From an uncultured Coriobacteriia bacterium (GTDB lineage Bacteria > Actinomycetota > Coriobacteriia > Anaerosomatales > PHET01), in NCBI GenBank assembly GCA_963751505.1, contig CAVVUM010000005.1, positions 5,122 through 69,121 on the forward strand: a DNA stretch of 64,000 nucleotides, written 5' to 3'. The notes under the pieces are model-generated. The model did no database searches, was not told the DNA's origin, and saw only the letters and a program-made list of their open reading frames with translations. Shown piece after piece: positions 45,714 through 62,513 of the stretch. Made by a program: the position numbers and the translations under genes. Each line of letters starts with the position of its first letter. Positions within the stretch are counted from its first letter, which is position 1.

Positions 45714-46517
45714 ATGAGTGGGTTGCCGCAGGTCGAGATCGGCGTGTTCGGCGGCAGCGGTTTCTACTAGCTGCTCGACAACCCGAAGGAGTACCGCGTC
45801 AACACCCCGTTCGGCGCGCCTTCCTCGCCGCTCATGGTCGGCGAGATCGGCGGCCGGTCGGTCGCGTTCCTGCCGCGGCATGGCAAGGACCACCAGCTGC
45901 CGCCGCACATGATCAACTTCCGCGCGAACGTCTGGGCGATGAAGGAGCTCGGCGTGAGCCGGATCATCGGACCCAACGCGTGCGGGTCGCTGCAGACGCA
46001 CGTCAAGCCTGGCGACTTCGTCATCTGCGACCAGTTCGTCGACCGGACCTGGGGCCGCAAGGACACCTTCTACGACGGGCCGATCACCACGCACGTCTCC
46101 TCGGCGGACCCCTACTGCCCGACGATGCGGCAGGTCGCGATCGACGAAGGCGAGGACGCTCGGCATCACCGTTCACCCGACCGGGACGGTGGTGGTCATC
46201 CAGGGGCCGCGCTTCTCGACCCGCGCCGAGTCGCAAGTGGTTCGCCTCGCAGGGCTGGGAGGTCATCAACATGACCCAGTATCCCGGAGTGCTACCTCGC
46301 CCGCGAACTCGAGATCTGCTACTGCAACATCTCGCTCGATCACCGACTATGACGCGGGCACCGAGGACGTTCGCCCCGGTCACCAACGAAGAGGTCATGC
46401 GCGTCTTCAACGAGAACAACAGCAAGGTCAAAGACCTCATCTACCGCGATGATTCCGGCGCTGCCGGCCGAGCGCGCGTGCGTGTGCGCGACGGCGCTGG
46501 AGGGAGCGGCGTTCTAG
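45714..46517 (+). CDS. mtnP: S-methyl-5'-thioadenosine/purine nucleoside phosphorylase (in-frame TAG at 45768 plus frameshifts, probably assembly errors)
   Basis: IGVFGGSG, TPFG.PS, FLPRHG, NFRANVWA, DQFVDRT, QGPRFSTRAES, TDYDAG. Confidence 0.85.
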
Positions 46518-46550
46518 ACCCGATTCGCGCGACGGGGCAGGTCGCGACCG

Positions 46551-47698
46551 ATGTTCGACGTCCCGTCATTCAAGCTCGGACGCTTCTTCGGCATACCGGT
46601 CGAGGTCAACGCGACGTGGCTGGTCATATTCGGCCTGGTGGCGTTCGCTCTCGCGACGAACTACTTCCCGAGGTGGTGCGCAGCCGCAGGTGCGAGGTCG
46701 GCCTCGATGTCGCGTACTACGCCGTCTCGCGTCACGGCGCTCCTGTTCTTCGCCTCGATCGTTGCGCACGAGCTCTGCCACTCGCTCGTCGTGCGCGGCG
46801 GGCGGCGGTCACGTCGAGCAAGATCACGCTGTTCATCTTCGGCGGCGTCGCGCAGATGGACGAGGAGCCGCAGGACGCCCGGGTCGCGAGTTCGTGATGG
46901 CGGTCGCCGGGCCGGCGATGAGCCTGGTGCTGGCGGCGTCTGTCCTACGTCGCGCTTCCGTGCTCGCCGCTCGAGCGGCGCTGCATGGTGGATCTGGGCG
47001 CCCGCTGCAGTACCTCGGCGGTCATCAATCTGCGTTTGTCGGCGTGTTCAACCTGCTGCCCGGGTTTCCCGCTGGACGGCGGCCGCGTACTGCGCGCGAT
47101 CCTGTGGGCTGATCACCGACGACCATGCTGAAGGCCACGCGCTGGGCGGTGCGCGTCCGGCCAGTTCATCGGCTGGTCGATGGTCGTTGCTCGCGGTTCT
47201 CGGCGTGCTGCGAGGGAGCGCTCGATCTCATCTGGTTCGGCCTGATCGGGTGGTTCATCGCGTCACTCGCGGCGGCAGGCCTATCGGCAGCAACTCGTGA
47301 AGTCGAGCTCGCGTGGCTCACGGTGGCTCGATCATGTCGCGAGTCTCCCGATTGCGGTGCACGGCGAGGACTCCGCTCGAGCCACTCGTCAACGAGCACT
47401 TGCTCGGGAGGCCGCCACAGCCGCTATCCGGTCGTCTACGACGGGCGATCGTCGGGCTGGTGACCCTGCCGGCGTCAAGGGCGTCGACGGGCCGGACTGG
47501 CCGTTCGTACGGACGATCGACGTGACCGATCGCGACATCGCAGGTCGCTGAGGTCGCCGACCGATGCGCCCGTGGAATCGCTCGCTGCCGCGCTCGCCGG
47601 GGATCGACCGGGCGCACTGCTCGTGGTCGGCGATGGCAGCGCTCGTCGGCATCGTGACCCGGGCCGATGTCATCGCGGCGCTCGAGCGCTCCTCCTAG
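46551..47698 (+). CDS. M50 site-2 metalloprotease with C-terminal CBS pair (frameshifted)
   Basis: HELCHS, LFIFGGVA, AVAGP, FNLLPGFPLDGGR, HSRYPVV, VGIVTRADVI. Confidence 0.85.
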
Positions 47699-47738
47699 CG
47701 CCGTTCGGCGCGCATTACTGAACGCTCAGCGACGCGGC

Positions 47739-47767
47739 TTGTCCGAGTTTGTAACAGTTGTTACGAT
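47739..47767 (+). promoter_or_regulatory. rex promoter overlapped by palindromic operator
   Basis: TTGTCC (47739-47744), 17-bp spacer, TACGAT (47762-47767); operator TTGTAAC-AGTT-GTTACGA at 47749-47766. Confidence 0.78.
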
Positions 47768-47810
47768 TCGCGCGCACCGAATCGTCCGGCAGCGATTCGA
47801 GGTCACTCGA

Positions 47811-48476
47811 GTGACGACGCAGTCGAGACGCGACGAGTCGCATATCCCGCAGGGCGTCATCGAGCGCCTGCCGGCTATCTGAACGTTCTCATCCAGCTAG
47901 CGGCAGACGGGCAGTCCGACGGTCTCCTCGGCCCGGCTCGGCGAGCTCACGACGTCAACCCCGCCCAGATCCGCCGCGACCTCGCCCACTTCGGCTCAGT
48001 TCGGCAAGCGCGGCGTCGGATACGACATCGTCACTGCTCGTCGATCGCATCCAGCGGATCCTCGGCTCGGACCACATGCACCGGCTCGTGCATCGTCGGG
48101 GCGGGCAACCTGGGTTCGGCGATCGCCGGCTACGACGGACTCGGGCAGCACGGATTCGTCGTCGCGGCGATCTTCGACAACGATCCGCGCAAGATCGGCA
48201 ACGCGGATCGGCGACATCATCGTGCGCGATGTCGCGGAGCTCGAGCGGGTCGTGAGCGAGCAGGGCATCCGCATCGGCGTGATCGCGGTCCCGCCCGATG
48301 CCGCGCAGCAGGTGACGGACCGGCTCGCGACGCGGGGATCGAGGTCATCCTCAACTACACGCCGGCGATCGTGCGCGTGCCCGACGGGCGTGACGCTGCA
48401 CAACACCGATCCCGGTGCAGGAGCTGCTGCACACCCTGTACTACCTGTCGCGCGCCGAGGGCGTGGCGGGGCATGA
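47811..48476 (+). CDS. rex: Redox-sensing transcriptional repressor Rex (frameshifted)
   Basis: [65 protein letters not shown]. Confidence 0.88.
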
Positions 48477-48552
48477 CGCAGGTGGTACGCTAGCCTGCGG
48501 CGACAGCCGGCGCCGGTGATGGCCGGTTACCGAATTCGACGTAGGAGGAGTC

Positions 48553-48810
48553 ATGGCGCATTTTCGGTCTGCCCGGCAGGACAGGAGCTCTGGATCATCC
48601 TGGTGGTCGTGCTGCTGCTCTTCGGCCCCACGCAGCTCCCCAAGCTCGCCAAGATGTTCGGCAAGTCGGCGAAGGCCCTCAAGGAGGGCATGGAGGGCAA
48701 GCTCGAGGACGACGACGACGATGACGGCGAGACGAGACCGCCGCGAGCGACGCCAAGGCAGAGGCGAAGGCCGAGACGCCGTCCGAAGACGAGGACGCCA
48801 AGCGACCCGG
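48553..48810 (+). CDS. tatA: Twin-arginine translocase TatA (3' end uncertain)
   Basis: ELWIILVVVLLLFGPTQLPKLAKMFGKSAKALKEGM. Confidence 0.88.
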
Positions 48811-48980
48811 CGCACGGTCCGGACGCCGCCTGCGGCGCTCTGCGTCCGCGGGTTGCCTCGAGCGCGGTCGATTCGCTATACTCTCGTGGCCATTCATCGG
48901 GCTGCCGCGCTACGCGGGCAGCCCGCGCGTTTCCGGCGAGGCGCTCTAACGGACGCCTGAACGCTGACAGGAGTCGCACG

Positions 48981-53732
<4,752 letters not shown>

Positions 53733-53735
53733 GCG

Positions 53736-55103
53736 ATGGTGACAAGGCGCGGACGATGTGGCGCTGCCAGCAGTGCGGCACGAGGCGCCGCGCTGGATCG
53801 GCCGCTGCCGCGAGTGCGGCGAGTTCGGCACGTTCGTCGAGGAGACGCGAGGTCAGCGCTCGCAGGCCACGGGCCTCTCGCGGTTGCGAGCGCCGTGCTC
53901 CGGTCGTACGACCTGGCCGAGGTCGGCGCGGCCGAGGCACGCGCGATCTCCACCGGGATCGCGGAGCTCGATCGCGTCCTCGGCGGCGGTCTGGTGCGCG
54001 GCTCGCTCGTGCTGCTCGGCGGCGAGCCGGGCATCGGCAAGTCCACGCTGCTGCTGCAGGCGGCCGATCGGCTCGGCCAGACGGGTGACGAGCGTGCTCT
54101 ACGTCTGCGGCGAGGAGTCGCCGCAGCAGGTCGGCTCGCGCGCTCGATCGACTGGCGCGGCATCCGAGCGGCATGACGCTCCTGCCGGAACTGGACATCC
54201 AAGCGGTCGAGGCGACCGTACTCGAGGAGCGGCCCGGCGTGCTGGTCGTCGACTCGATACAGACCGCATTCGACCCTGACCTCGACGGCGCGCCCGGGAG
54301 CGTGGGGCAGGTGCGCGCGTGCACCGCCCGGCTCATGCGGATGGCCAAGGACCAGGGGGTCACCACACTGATCGTCGGCCACGTCACCAAAGAGGGAGCG
54401 ATCGCGGGCCCGCGCGTCCTCGAGCACATGGTGGACGCGGTGCTGTACTTCGAGGGCGACCGGGACCATGCGTTCCGGATCGTGCGTGCGTGAAGAACCG
54501 GTTCGGGTCCGTCGAGCGAAATCGGCATCTTCGAGATGACGGAGGCCGGGCTCGAGGCGGTGGGCTCAACCCTCCGAGCTGCTCCTTGCCGAGCGCACGC
54601 GAGCCGGTCTCCGGATCGGCGGTGATGGCTGACGATGGAGGGCACCCGACCGCTCCTCGTCGAGATCCAGGCGCTCGTGAGCCCGAGCTATCTGCCGGCT
54701 CCGCGCCGGCTGGCGACGGGGATCGAGACCGCGCGGCTTGCTCCAGGTGCTCGCGGTGCTCGAGCGCCGTGCGGGCTTGCGTTCTCCGGGCACGACGTCT
54801 TCGTCTCCGTCGCCGGTGGGATGAGGGTGTCCGAGCCGGCCGTCGATCTGCCGCTCGCGCTCGCGTTGGCCTCGGCCTGCGGGACGTGCCGATACCGCTC
54901 GACGTGGCCGCCTTCGGCGAGGTCGGGCTGACAGGGCACGTGCGGCCGGTGCCGCAGTCGGCCGCACGCGTGCGCGAGGCGGCCGGGCTCGGGATGCGTC
55001 GCATCTGGCGGGCGGAACCGCGAGGAGCGGGGCGCCTGCCGTCGCACGGGTGGATGAGGTGTCCCTGATCGCCGACGCGCTGAGGGCGGTCGGCTGCGGG
55101 TAG
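53736..55103 (+). CDS. radA: DNA repair protein RadA/Sms (frameshifted)
   Basis: CxxC..W.G.CxxC zinc finger, [43 protein letters not shown]. Confidence 0.93.
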
Positions 55104-55173
55104 GTAGGCTGCTGCGGTTTCGCGCAGCTGCCGGTGGGGCACGAATCAAAGGGAAGGTGAGGGGCGCAGGCGC

Positions 55174-56250
55174 ATGGGGGAGATGAAGGCGACGAGTACA
55201 GAAGACCTGATGGTCGCCGCGCTGCAGGAAGGTCGCGCCGGGGACTCGGCTGCGCGAAGCGCTCGACATGCTCATCTCGGCCCGCGCGGGTGCCCTGATC
55301 GTGATCGGTCGACTCTCCGAGATCGAGCCGCTCTCCGACGGCGGGTTCACGATCGACATGCCGTTCACGCCCAGCGTCTGTTCGAGCTTGCGAAGATGGA
55401 CGGCGCCATCATCCTCGACGCGGACTGCGAGACGATCCTGCGCGCGAACGTGCACCTGCAGCCGGATCCCGGGCTATCCGACCGCCGAGACCGGCATGCG
55501 GCACCGCACCGCCGAACGCGTCAGCCGCCAGGCCGGGGTGCTCGTGATATCCATCTCGCAGCGGCGCAACGTCATCAACCTCTACACCCAGGGCCGAAAG
55601 GTCACGCTCGACGAGATCGAGGTACTGCTGGCCAAGGCGAACCAGGCGATCCAGACGCTCCAGAACTACCGGCAGCGCCTCGACGAGATGCTCGAGCGTC
55701 TGACGCTGCTCGAGTTCCAGGACGTCGTCACGCTCGAGGACGTCGCCGAGGTCCTCGGCCGCTTCGAGATGGTGCGGCGGGTCCAGCGCGAGGTCGGTCG
55801 CTTCACGCTCAGGCTTGGCACCGAGGGTCGGCTCGTGCGCATGCAGTCAGACGAGCTTGCCGCCGGAGTGAGCGAGCAGTACGCGCTTGTACTCCGCGAC
55901 TACGTCGACGATCCGTCCGCGCGTCGCATCGCCGAGGTGCGCGAGCGGCTGTCGGAGCTCCCTCCGGACCGGTTGCTCGAGGCTGAGGCGATAGCGCAGG
56001 AGCTGGGGCTCACACGCGGTCGACCACGCCGAGCAGCACCTTAGGCCGCGTGGCTACCGCGCGCTCGCGCAGATCCCGATGCTGCCCGGCAGCGTCGTCG
56101 GCCGCATCGTCGAGCGCTTCGGCAACCTCAGACGATATCTCGCGCGCCAGCGTCGAGCGAACTGGACTCGGTCGACGGGGTGGGAGAGCGCCGCGCGCGC
56201 GCCGTCAAGTATCGGGCTCGCCCGCATCAGAGGCGCACGTGTCGATCTGA
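55174..56250 (+). CDS. disA: DNA integrity scanning diadenylate cyclase DisA (frameshifted)
   Basis: ELAKMDGAIIL, ETGMRHRTAERV, ISQRR, KANQAIQTL, LGTEGRLV, C-terminal HhH (VDGVG). Confidence 0.92.
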
Positions 56251-56365
56251 GCGCGGTCAAGACGGCGCGCTTCAAGGCCGATACACCTGGGTGAGAGCGC
56301 CGGAGCCCCCGGCGTTGGAAGGGAGGTGAGGGCGTAGCGGCACACGAACCGCGCACGCCAAGCCC

Positions 56366-57454
56366 ATGATCCGAGCGATCACCCGATTCGCGTTTGTCGC
56401 GGCGGGGCTCTTGGGCGGGTACGTGGCATCGCGAGTCGTCGACTGGCAGACCCAACTCGGACTTGCTCCCTCCTACGTCATCTTTCTCTTCGTCATTCTT
56501 GGAGCAGCGATCGGGTACGTCGTCGGCGGCATCGTGGGCAGGGAGATGAGCCTGGCCTGGCAGCGTGCCGAGGTCCGGCTGTCCGAGTTGGCGGCGGCCG
56601 ATATCGTCCTCGCCACCGTCGGCCTCATCGTTGGCCTGCTCGTCGCGTTCCTCGCATCGCAGCCCTTGCGCCTGCTCGAGCCGCAGCCGCTGGCGCTCGC
56701 CGTTAGCATCACCGCATACGTCGTAGCAGCCTACGTCGGCGTGAGCATCGCGCTCACGCGTCGGCGTGAGTTCGTGGCCGCCTTCCCCAAGCTCGCGCCG
56801 CCCGAGCTGATGCCGGCCACCGAGCGACTGGTTGTGCTGGACACGAGCGCCGTCATCGACGGGCGTTTCGTGGAGTTGAGACGCCTCGGTTTCATCCCCG
56901 GCGCCCCGCGCGTCCCGCGGTTCGTTCTGGCCGAGCTGCAGACCCTGTCCGACTCGGCTGATGACACGCGGCGTGCCCGCGGACGTCGCGGCCTCGACCT
57001 GCTCACGACGCTGCCCGACGAGGATGCCATCGAGGTGATCGAGGTCGACTATCCCGACATGGCGCTGGTCGACGAGAAGCTCATGCGTCTCGCCTTCGAC
57101 ACGCGTGCCACGATCGTGACCGTCGACTACAACCTCACAAAGGTCGCGGACGTCCGCGGAATCAGCGTGCTGAACCTCAACGAAGCGGCGGCGGCCCTAC
57201 GGCCGGCGTTCCTTCCCGGCGACACGGTGATGATCCGGGTCACCAAGCCCGGCAAGGAGGCCGGGCAGGGGGTCGGCTATCTGGAGGACGGCACGATGGT
57301 GGTCGTCGCCGACGGTCGGCCGCTCGTCGGCGAAGACGCCGTGGTCGAAGTGACCTCGGTGCTCCAAACGTCGGCAGGTCGTATGATATTCGCGCGCCCG
57401 GCCGACGCCGACGCGCACACGACGACCATGGCGGACGCGGAGGACACTGCATGA
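56366..57454 (+). CDS. Membrane PIN/TRAM-domain protein (YacL family)
   Basis: TM helices; VLDTSAVIDGR, RARGRRGLD, GQGVGYLEDGTMVVV, TSVLQTSAGRMIFA. Confidence 0.92.
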   Translation: MIRAITRFAFVAAGLLGGYVASRVVDWQTQLGLAPSYVIFLFVILGAAIGYVVGGIVGREMSLAWQRAEVRLSELAAADIVLATVGLIVGLLVAFLASQPLRLLEPQPLALAVSITAYVVAAYVGVSIALTRRREFVAAFPKLAPPELMPATERLVVLDTSAVIDGRFVELRRLGFIPGAPRVPRFVLAELQTLSDSADDTRRARGRRGLDLLTTLPDEDAIEVIEVDYPDMALVDEKLMRLAFDTRATIVTVDYNLTKVADVRGISVLNLNEAAAALRPAFLPGDTVMIRVTKPGKEAGQGVGYLEDGTMVVVADGRPLVGEDAVVEVTSVLQTSAGRMIFARPADADAHTTTMADAEDTA

Positions 57455-58168
57455 GCGAAGCTCCCCGGACGGCGGCGGTTCTTCTCGCCGGAGGCTCCGG
57501 GGAGCGCTTTGGGCGCCCTGGCGGCAAGCAGCTGGCGACGGCCGCGGGGATGCCCGTAGCGTCGTGGGCGCTCAAGGCGCTTGCGGAAGCGGCGAGCGTG
57601 GATGTGCTCGTGTTCGTGTGTCCCGCCGAACGGCGGGACGAGTATGACTCGATCGCCGTGGCCCCCCTCGGTCTCGAGAAAGCCGGTGCTCTACGCGGCG
57701 TCGGGCCCGACACGCCAAGCATCCGTCGCCTCGGGCATGGAGAGGCTGACCGCCGACATCGAGGTCGTCGCGGTACACGACGGGGCCCGTCCCTTGGTGT
57801 CACCCGGGGTCGTGGACGAGGCGATCGCGCTCCTGCGCTCCTCGGGCGCGGACGGTGTGGTCATCGGCCACCCGGCCTACGACACTCTCAAGATCGTCGA
57901 GGGAGCGACAGTCATCAACACGCCGGACCGCTCGTTGTACTGGATCGCCCAGACGCCGCAGGTGTTCCGCCGTGCGGTCATCGACGATGCTCTGGCGGCG
58001 GCGGCCCTCGATGGCTTCGTTGCTACCGATGACTCGGGGCTCGTCGAACACTACGGGGCTCGCGTCCTCATGATGGAGGGCCCTCGCGATAACGTGAAGG
58101 TCACGGTCGCCGATGACCTCGACTACGTCGGGTCGCTGCTCGCAGCTCGGAAGGAAGGTGCCCGATAG
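57451..58168 (+). CDS. ispD: 2-C-methyl-D-erythritol 4-phosphate cytidylyltransferase (frameshift near 57680)
   Basis: [42 protein letters not shown]. Confidence 0.93.
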
Positions 58169-58641
58169 TGCGAATCGGTCTCGGCTATGACGTGCACGCG
58201 TTCGCTTCTGGTCGGCGGCTCGTTCTTGGCGGCGTGGATATCGAGCACCCCGTCGGCCTGGCCGGCCACTCCGACGCGGATGTGCTCGCACATGCGCTCA
58301 TGGATGCGATCATCGGGGCATTGCGCGAGGGCGACGTCGGCCAGCTCTTTCCCGATACCGACCCTGCGTTCAAAGACGCCGACTCGCTCGTGCTGCTATC
58401 GCAGGTGTCCGAGGTGATGAGGGCGAAGGGATTCGCGCTGGTCGACGCGGACTGTGTCGTCGTCTGCGAGCGGCCGAAGCTTGCGCCGCACCGCAATCTG
58501 ATGCGGGAGCGCTTGGCGGCGGCACTCGGTGTGCCCGCCGGCTCGCTGGGGGTCAAGGCGACTACCACGGAGCACCTCGGCTTCACCGGGAGGGAAGAGG
58601 GGATCGCGGCGTACGCGGTCGTGCTCCTCGAGCAGCTGTAG
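58168..58641 (+). CDS. ispF: 2-C-methyl-D-erythritol 2,4-cyclodiphosphate synthase
   Basis: [35 protein letters not shown]. Confidence 0.96.
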   Translation: MRIGLGYDVHAFASGRRLVLGGVDIEHPVGLAGHSDADVLAHALMDAIIGALREGDVGQLFPDTDPAFKDADSLVLLSQVSEVMRAKGFALVDADCVVVCERPKLAPHRNLMRERLAAALGVPAGSLGVKATTTEHLGFTGREEGIAAYAVVLLEQL

Positions 58642-58729
58642 CGCGCGTTCGTACTGCTAGACTAGGGCGACGTTGAACTGCATCGTGCCGTGCGCTTGCG
58701 GCGCGGAGGAGAAGCGAGCGGCTTCAGGG

Positions 58730-59480
58730 ATGTTTGACCGCACTCGTGAAGACATTCGAGCGGTGCGCGAGCGCGATCCGGCGGCGACGTCGACGCTCAG
58801 CGTGCTGTTCAACTACCCCGGACTGCACGCGCTGTGGGCCCATCGCGCGAACCACTGGCTCTGGCGCCATCGGCGACATGGGCTCGCGCGCTTCCTCTCG
58901 CAGGTCGCACGCTGGCTGACCGGAATCGAGATCCACCCCGGAGCCACCATCGGCCTGCGCTTCTTCATCGACCATGGGATGGGCGTTGTGATCGGCGAGA
59001 CCACCATCATCGGCGACGACGTCACGCTGTATCAGGGGGTCACCCTCGGCGGAACAGGCAAGGAGACCGGTAAGCGTCACCCTACGCTGGAAGACTGCGT
59101 GGTCGTTGGCGTCGGCGCATCCGTGCTCGGCGACATCACGGTCGGGCGAGGTAGCAAGGTGGGTGGCGGTGCGGTCGTTATCGACGACGTGCCGCCGAAC
59201 TGCACGGTCGTCGGCGTGCCGGGGCGCGTCGTCGTCCGCTCGGGCGAGCGCGTCGACGCGGTCGACCTGCACCACGAAGACCTGCCCGACCCTGTCGTGG
59301 AGATGTTCCGGTGCCTCACCCGCCGTCTGGACAGGCTCGACCAGCGGCTCACGCACGACGAGGGGATAGCGCGCGAGCTGCAAGGGGCCGCGGCAGCGCG
59401 ACAGCGGCGATGCGGGTCGGGCGGGCGAGAACGAGAAGCCGATCGGTGTCGAATTCGAAGGCGGGTACTGGGAGATCTAG
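58730..59480 (+). CDS. cysE: Serine O-acetyltransferase (3' frameshift)
   Basis: [52 protein letters not shown]. Confidence 0.94.
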
Positions 59481-59517
59481 CCGGGACAGCCTCGTACCAC
59501 GCAGACGAGGGAGAACG

Positions 59518-61002
59518 ATGCGCGTCTACAACACGCTTCACCGCAAGAAGGAAGAGTTCGTGCCGCGCGAGGCCGGCAGGGTCTCGATCTACGTCTGCGG
59601 ACCGACGGTCTACAACCACATCCACATCGGCAACGCGCGCACGTTCCTGTCGTTCGATGTCATCAGGCGCTACCTGGAGTGGAAGGGCTACGACGTCCGC
59701 TACATCCAGAACATCACCGACGTCGACGACAAGATAATCAACCGTGCGAACGAAGAGGGCCGTCCCGCCCACGAGGTGGCAGCCGAGTACTCGGCTGCAT
59801 TCATCGACGCGATGCACCGACTCGGCGTGGAAGACCCAACGGTGCGCCCGAAGGCCACCGAGACGATTCCGCAGATGATCGGCATGATCGAGCGTCTCAT
59901 CGAGCGTGGCAACGCCTACGTGGTCGACGGTGACGTGTACTTCTCGGTACGAAGCTTCCCAGGTTACGGAAAGCTGTCCGGCAGGGACATCGACGAGATG
60001 CACTCTGGCGCACGCGTCGAGGTCGACGAGCGCAAGCAAGACCCTTTGGACTTCGCGCTCTGGAAGTCGTGCAAGCCGGGCGAGCCGCACTGGCCGAGCC
60101 CCTGGGGTGACGGGCGTCCCGGCTGGCACATCGAGTGCTCGGTGATGTCCGAGGAGGAGCTCGGTCTGCCGTTCGACATCCACGGCGGCGGCGCCGACCT
60201 GATCTTCCCGCACCATGAGAACGAACTGGCGCAGTCGGAGGCCGCAACGGGGACCGAGTTCGCGCGCTACTGGCTCCACGGCGGTATGTTGCAGGTCAAC
60301 GCCGAGAAGATGAGCAAGTCGCTCGGCAACTTCCTTCTCCTGAAAGAGGTGCTCGACCGTCACGAGACGCCCGTGATCCGGCTCCTCATGCTCCAGACGC
60401 ACTATCGCAGCCCGCTCGACTTCTCCGACTCTCGGCTCGACGAGACGGTTCATGCCTATGAGCGGCTCGCGAATCTGGTTCGCAACCTGCGCTGGGCAGG
60501 GACGCTCGCGGCCCAGGGTTCCGGCGCACCGCCCGAGGCTTGCAGCGGCCTCAACCTCCACATCGACACCGCTCGCAAGAAGTTCGCAGCCGAGATGGAC
60601 GACGACTTCAACACGGCCGGTGCGCTTGCCGCGGTATTCGAGCTCGCCCGCGCCGCGAACGTCTTCCTCTCGGAGTTCCAAGTCGACCTATGCGCCGAGG
60701 ACAAGGAAGCGATCGGCGCTGCCGCGCAAACCGTCGTCGAGCTGCTCGGTGTGCTCGGCATCGAGATCGCCGATGACCAGCAGGGCACCTATCCCCCGGA
60801 GGTTCTCATCCTCGCTGCCGACCTCGCCGGCTACACGGGGAGCGACTCCGGCGCAGCGGTGGAGGCGCTCCTTGCCGCGCGCGCAGCCGCACGGACCGAG
60901 CGCAATTGGGCGCTGGCCGACGGTGTCCGCGACGGGCTGATGCGCCTCGGGTTCAACGTGGAGGACACGCCGCAGGGCGCTCGCGTTACCTTCTCGGGCT
61001 AG
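59518..61002 (+). CDS. cysS: Cysteine-tRNA ligase
   Basis: [48 protein letters not shown]. Confidence 0.97.
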   Translation: MRVYNTLHRKKEEFVPREAGRVSIYVCGPTVYNHIHIGNARTFLSFDVIRRYLEWKGYDVRYIQNITDVDDKIINRANEEGRPAHEVAAEYSAAFIDAMHRLGVEDPTVRPKATETIPQMIGMIERLIERGNAYVVDGDVYFSVRSFPGYGKLSGRDIDEMHSGARVEVDERKQDPLDFALWKSCKPGEPHWPSPWGDGRPGWHIECSVMSEEELGLPFDIHGGGADLIFPHHENELAQSEAATGTEFARYWLHGGMLQVNAEKMSKSLGNFLLLKEVLDRHETPVIRLLMLQTHYRSPLDFSDSRLDETVHAYERLANLVRNLRWAGTLAAQGSGAPPEACSGLNLHIDTARKKFAAEMDDDFNTAGALAAVFELARAANVFLSEFQVDLCAEDKEAIGAAAQTVVELLGVLGIEIADDQQGTYPPEVLILAADLAGYTGSDSGAAVEALLAARAAARTERNWALADGVRDGLMRLGFNVEDTPQGARVTFSG

Positions 61003-61006
61003 AGCC

Positions 61007-61747
61007 ATGGTGATCGAGGGACGAAACGCCATCATCGAGGCACTCCGCGCGGACGTGCCGCTCTCGCGGGTCCTGATTGCGGAGGGCGCACGTCCGGATC
61101 GCGCGCTCATCGAGATCGAGCGGCGGGCTTCCGAGCAGGGTGTGCGGGTCGAGCGCGTGCGCAAACGAACGCTCGACGAGTTGAGCGAGCGCGGCGCGCA
61201 CCAAGGGGTGCTTGCGCAGGCGGCGCCGTTCGCCTACACGTCGGTGGGGACCCTGATCGAGCGAGCAAGCGGCAGGGAGCAGGCACTCATCATCGCCCTC
61301 GATCACGTCACCGACCCGGGCAACCTTGGCGCGGTGGCGCGCACCGCGGAGGTCGTGGGTGCGGTCGGCCTGCTGGTTCCCGAGCGCCGGAGCGCCGCGA
61401 TCACGCCCGCGGCATGGAAAGCCGCTGCTGGAGCGCTCGCACACATCCCGGTAGCACGTGTGACGAACCTCGTGAGGGCCCTAGACGAACTCAAGCAGGA
61501 GGCGTTCTGGGTTGCAGGGGCCTCTGAGCGTGCCGAGCAGACGGTCTGGCGGGCCCCGCTGGAAGGCCGGCTGGTGCTCGTGATGGGCTCGGAGGGGACA
61601 GGATTGTCGCGGCTGACCAGCGAGCGCTGCGATTTTCTCGTGCGGCTGCCTCAGGCCGGCGAGGTCGGGTCGCTCAACGTCGCGCAGGCGACGACCGCGC
61701 TTGCCTACGAGTGGCTGCGGCGCACCAACGGGGGAGCGGATTCGTGA
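61007..61747 (+). CDS. rlmB: 23S rRNA (Gm2251) 2'-O-methyltransferase RlmB (SpoU family)
   Basis: HQGV, DPGNLGAV.RTA, VMGSEG.G, SLNVA. Confidence 0.92.
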   Translation: MVIEGRNAIIEALRADVPLSRVLIAEGARPDRALIEIERRASEQGVRVERVRKRTLDELSERGAHQGVLAQAAPFAYTSVGTLIERASGREQALIIALDHVTDPGNLGAVARTAEVVGAVGLLVPERRSAAITPAAWKAAAGALAHIPVARVTNLVRALDELKQEAFWVAGASERAEQTVWRAPLEGRLVLVMGSEGTGLSRLTSERCDFLVRLPQAGEVGSLNVAQATTALAYEWLRRTNGGADS

Positions 61748-62250
61748 AGGTCCTGCTTGTCGATGGCTACAACGTCGTGCGGTGTACGCCGCCGTACCGC
61801 GAGCTCGCTGATGCCGACCTCGCTGCGGCGCGAGAGGCGCTCGTGTCCGACGTCGCCGCGTTCGCTCAAGGCGAGTGGGAGGCGACCGTCGTCTTCGACG
61901 GGGCGGGCAACCAGCACTCGGACGGGGTCCCCCACCGGTTCGCCGGCATCACCGTGGTGTTCTCGCGGCACGGGACGACCGCAGACAGTGTGATCGAGGG
62001 GCTTGCTCGCTCAGCTCGAGACGGTGGCCATGCCGTCGAGGTCGTGACGAGCGACGCGCAGACCCAGTGGACCGTTCTCGGCGGCGGGGTAGTGAGGCGT
62101 TCCTCTGCCGAGTTCGCCGGCGACCTCCGGGTCACTGAGGCCGAGTGGCGCGAGAGCGTGCCGGCCGGTAGCGCATCGTGCAGGATCGAGGATCGGATCC
62201 CTACCGACGTGCGCGCGGAGCTGGATCGCTGGGCGCGCGGTGAGCGCTAG
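61744..62250 (+). CDS. NYN-domain ribonuclease, YacP/Rae1 family
   Basis: LLVDGYNV, VVFDG, TADSVIE, VVTSD. Confidence 0.88.
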   Translation: MKVLLVDGYNVVRCTPPYRELADADLAAAREALVSDVAAFAQGEWEATVVFDGAGNQHSDGVPHRFAGITVVFSRHGTTADSVIEGLARSARDGGHAVEVVTSDAQTQWTVLGGGVVRRSSAEFAGDLRVTEAEWRESVPAGSASCRIEDRIPTDVRAELDRWARGER

Positions 62251-62513
62251 GCAACGGACCGCGGCGCGCTAACGGTCACTCTGAGCAGGCGAAGGACCGC
62301 TGAATCGCGAATCGGCTTCCGTGAACGGCTAAGAATCCCGTGCCGACCCTCATCGAATCCTACGTCCGGATGATGTGTTTTCATACCCACCACGCTTGAC
62401 CCCGCTGTCCCGCAGGACTAGGGTCGGTTGTGGGTCGCGATTAGCCCAGCGCCGTGCCGGCGGCCGGAGGTGCCCCTCCTGCAAAAGGGCTTGCGATACA
62501 AGGGGGTGTGGCT

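Noticed and set aside
45768..45770. In-frame TAG in mtnP as possible pyrrolysine or readthrough
   Set aside because: It falls at a non-catalytic variable position (GSGFY*LLD), the gene has other indels, and no pyl genes are seen. A base-call error is more likely.
62251..62513. Possible c-di-AMP (ydaO) riboswitch upstream of sigH, prompted by GCTGAATC
   Set aside because: Only a short word matches; the other conserved elements and pairings were not found.
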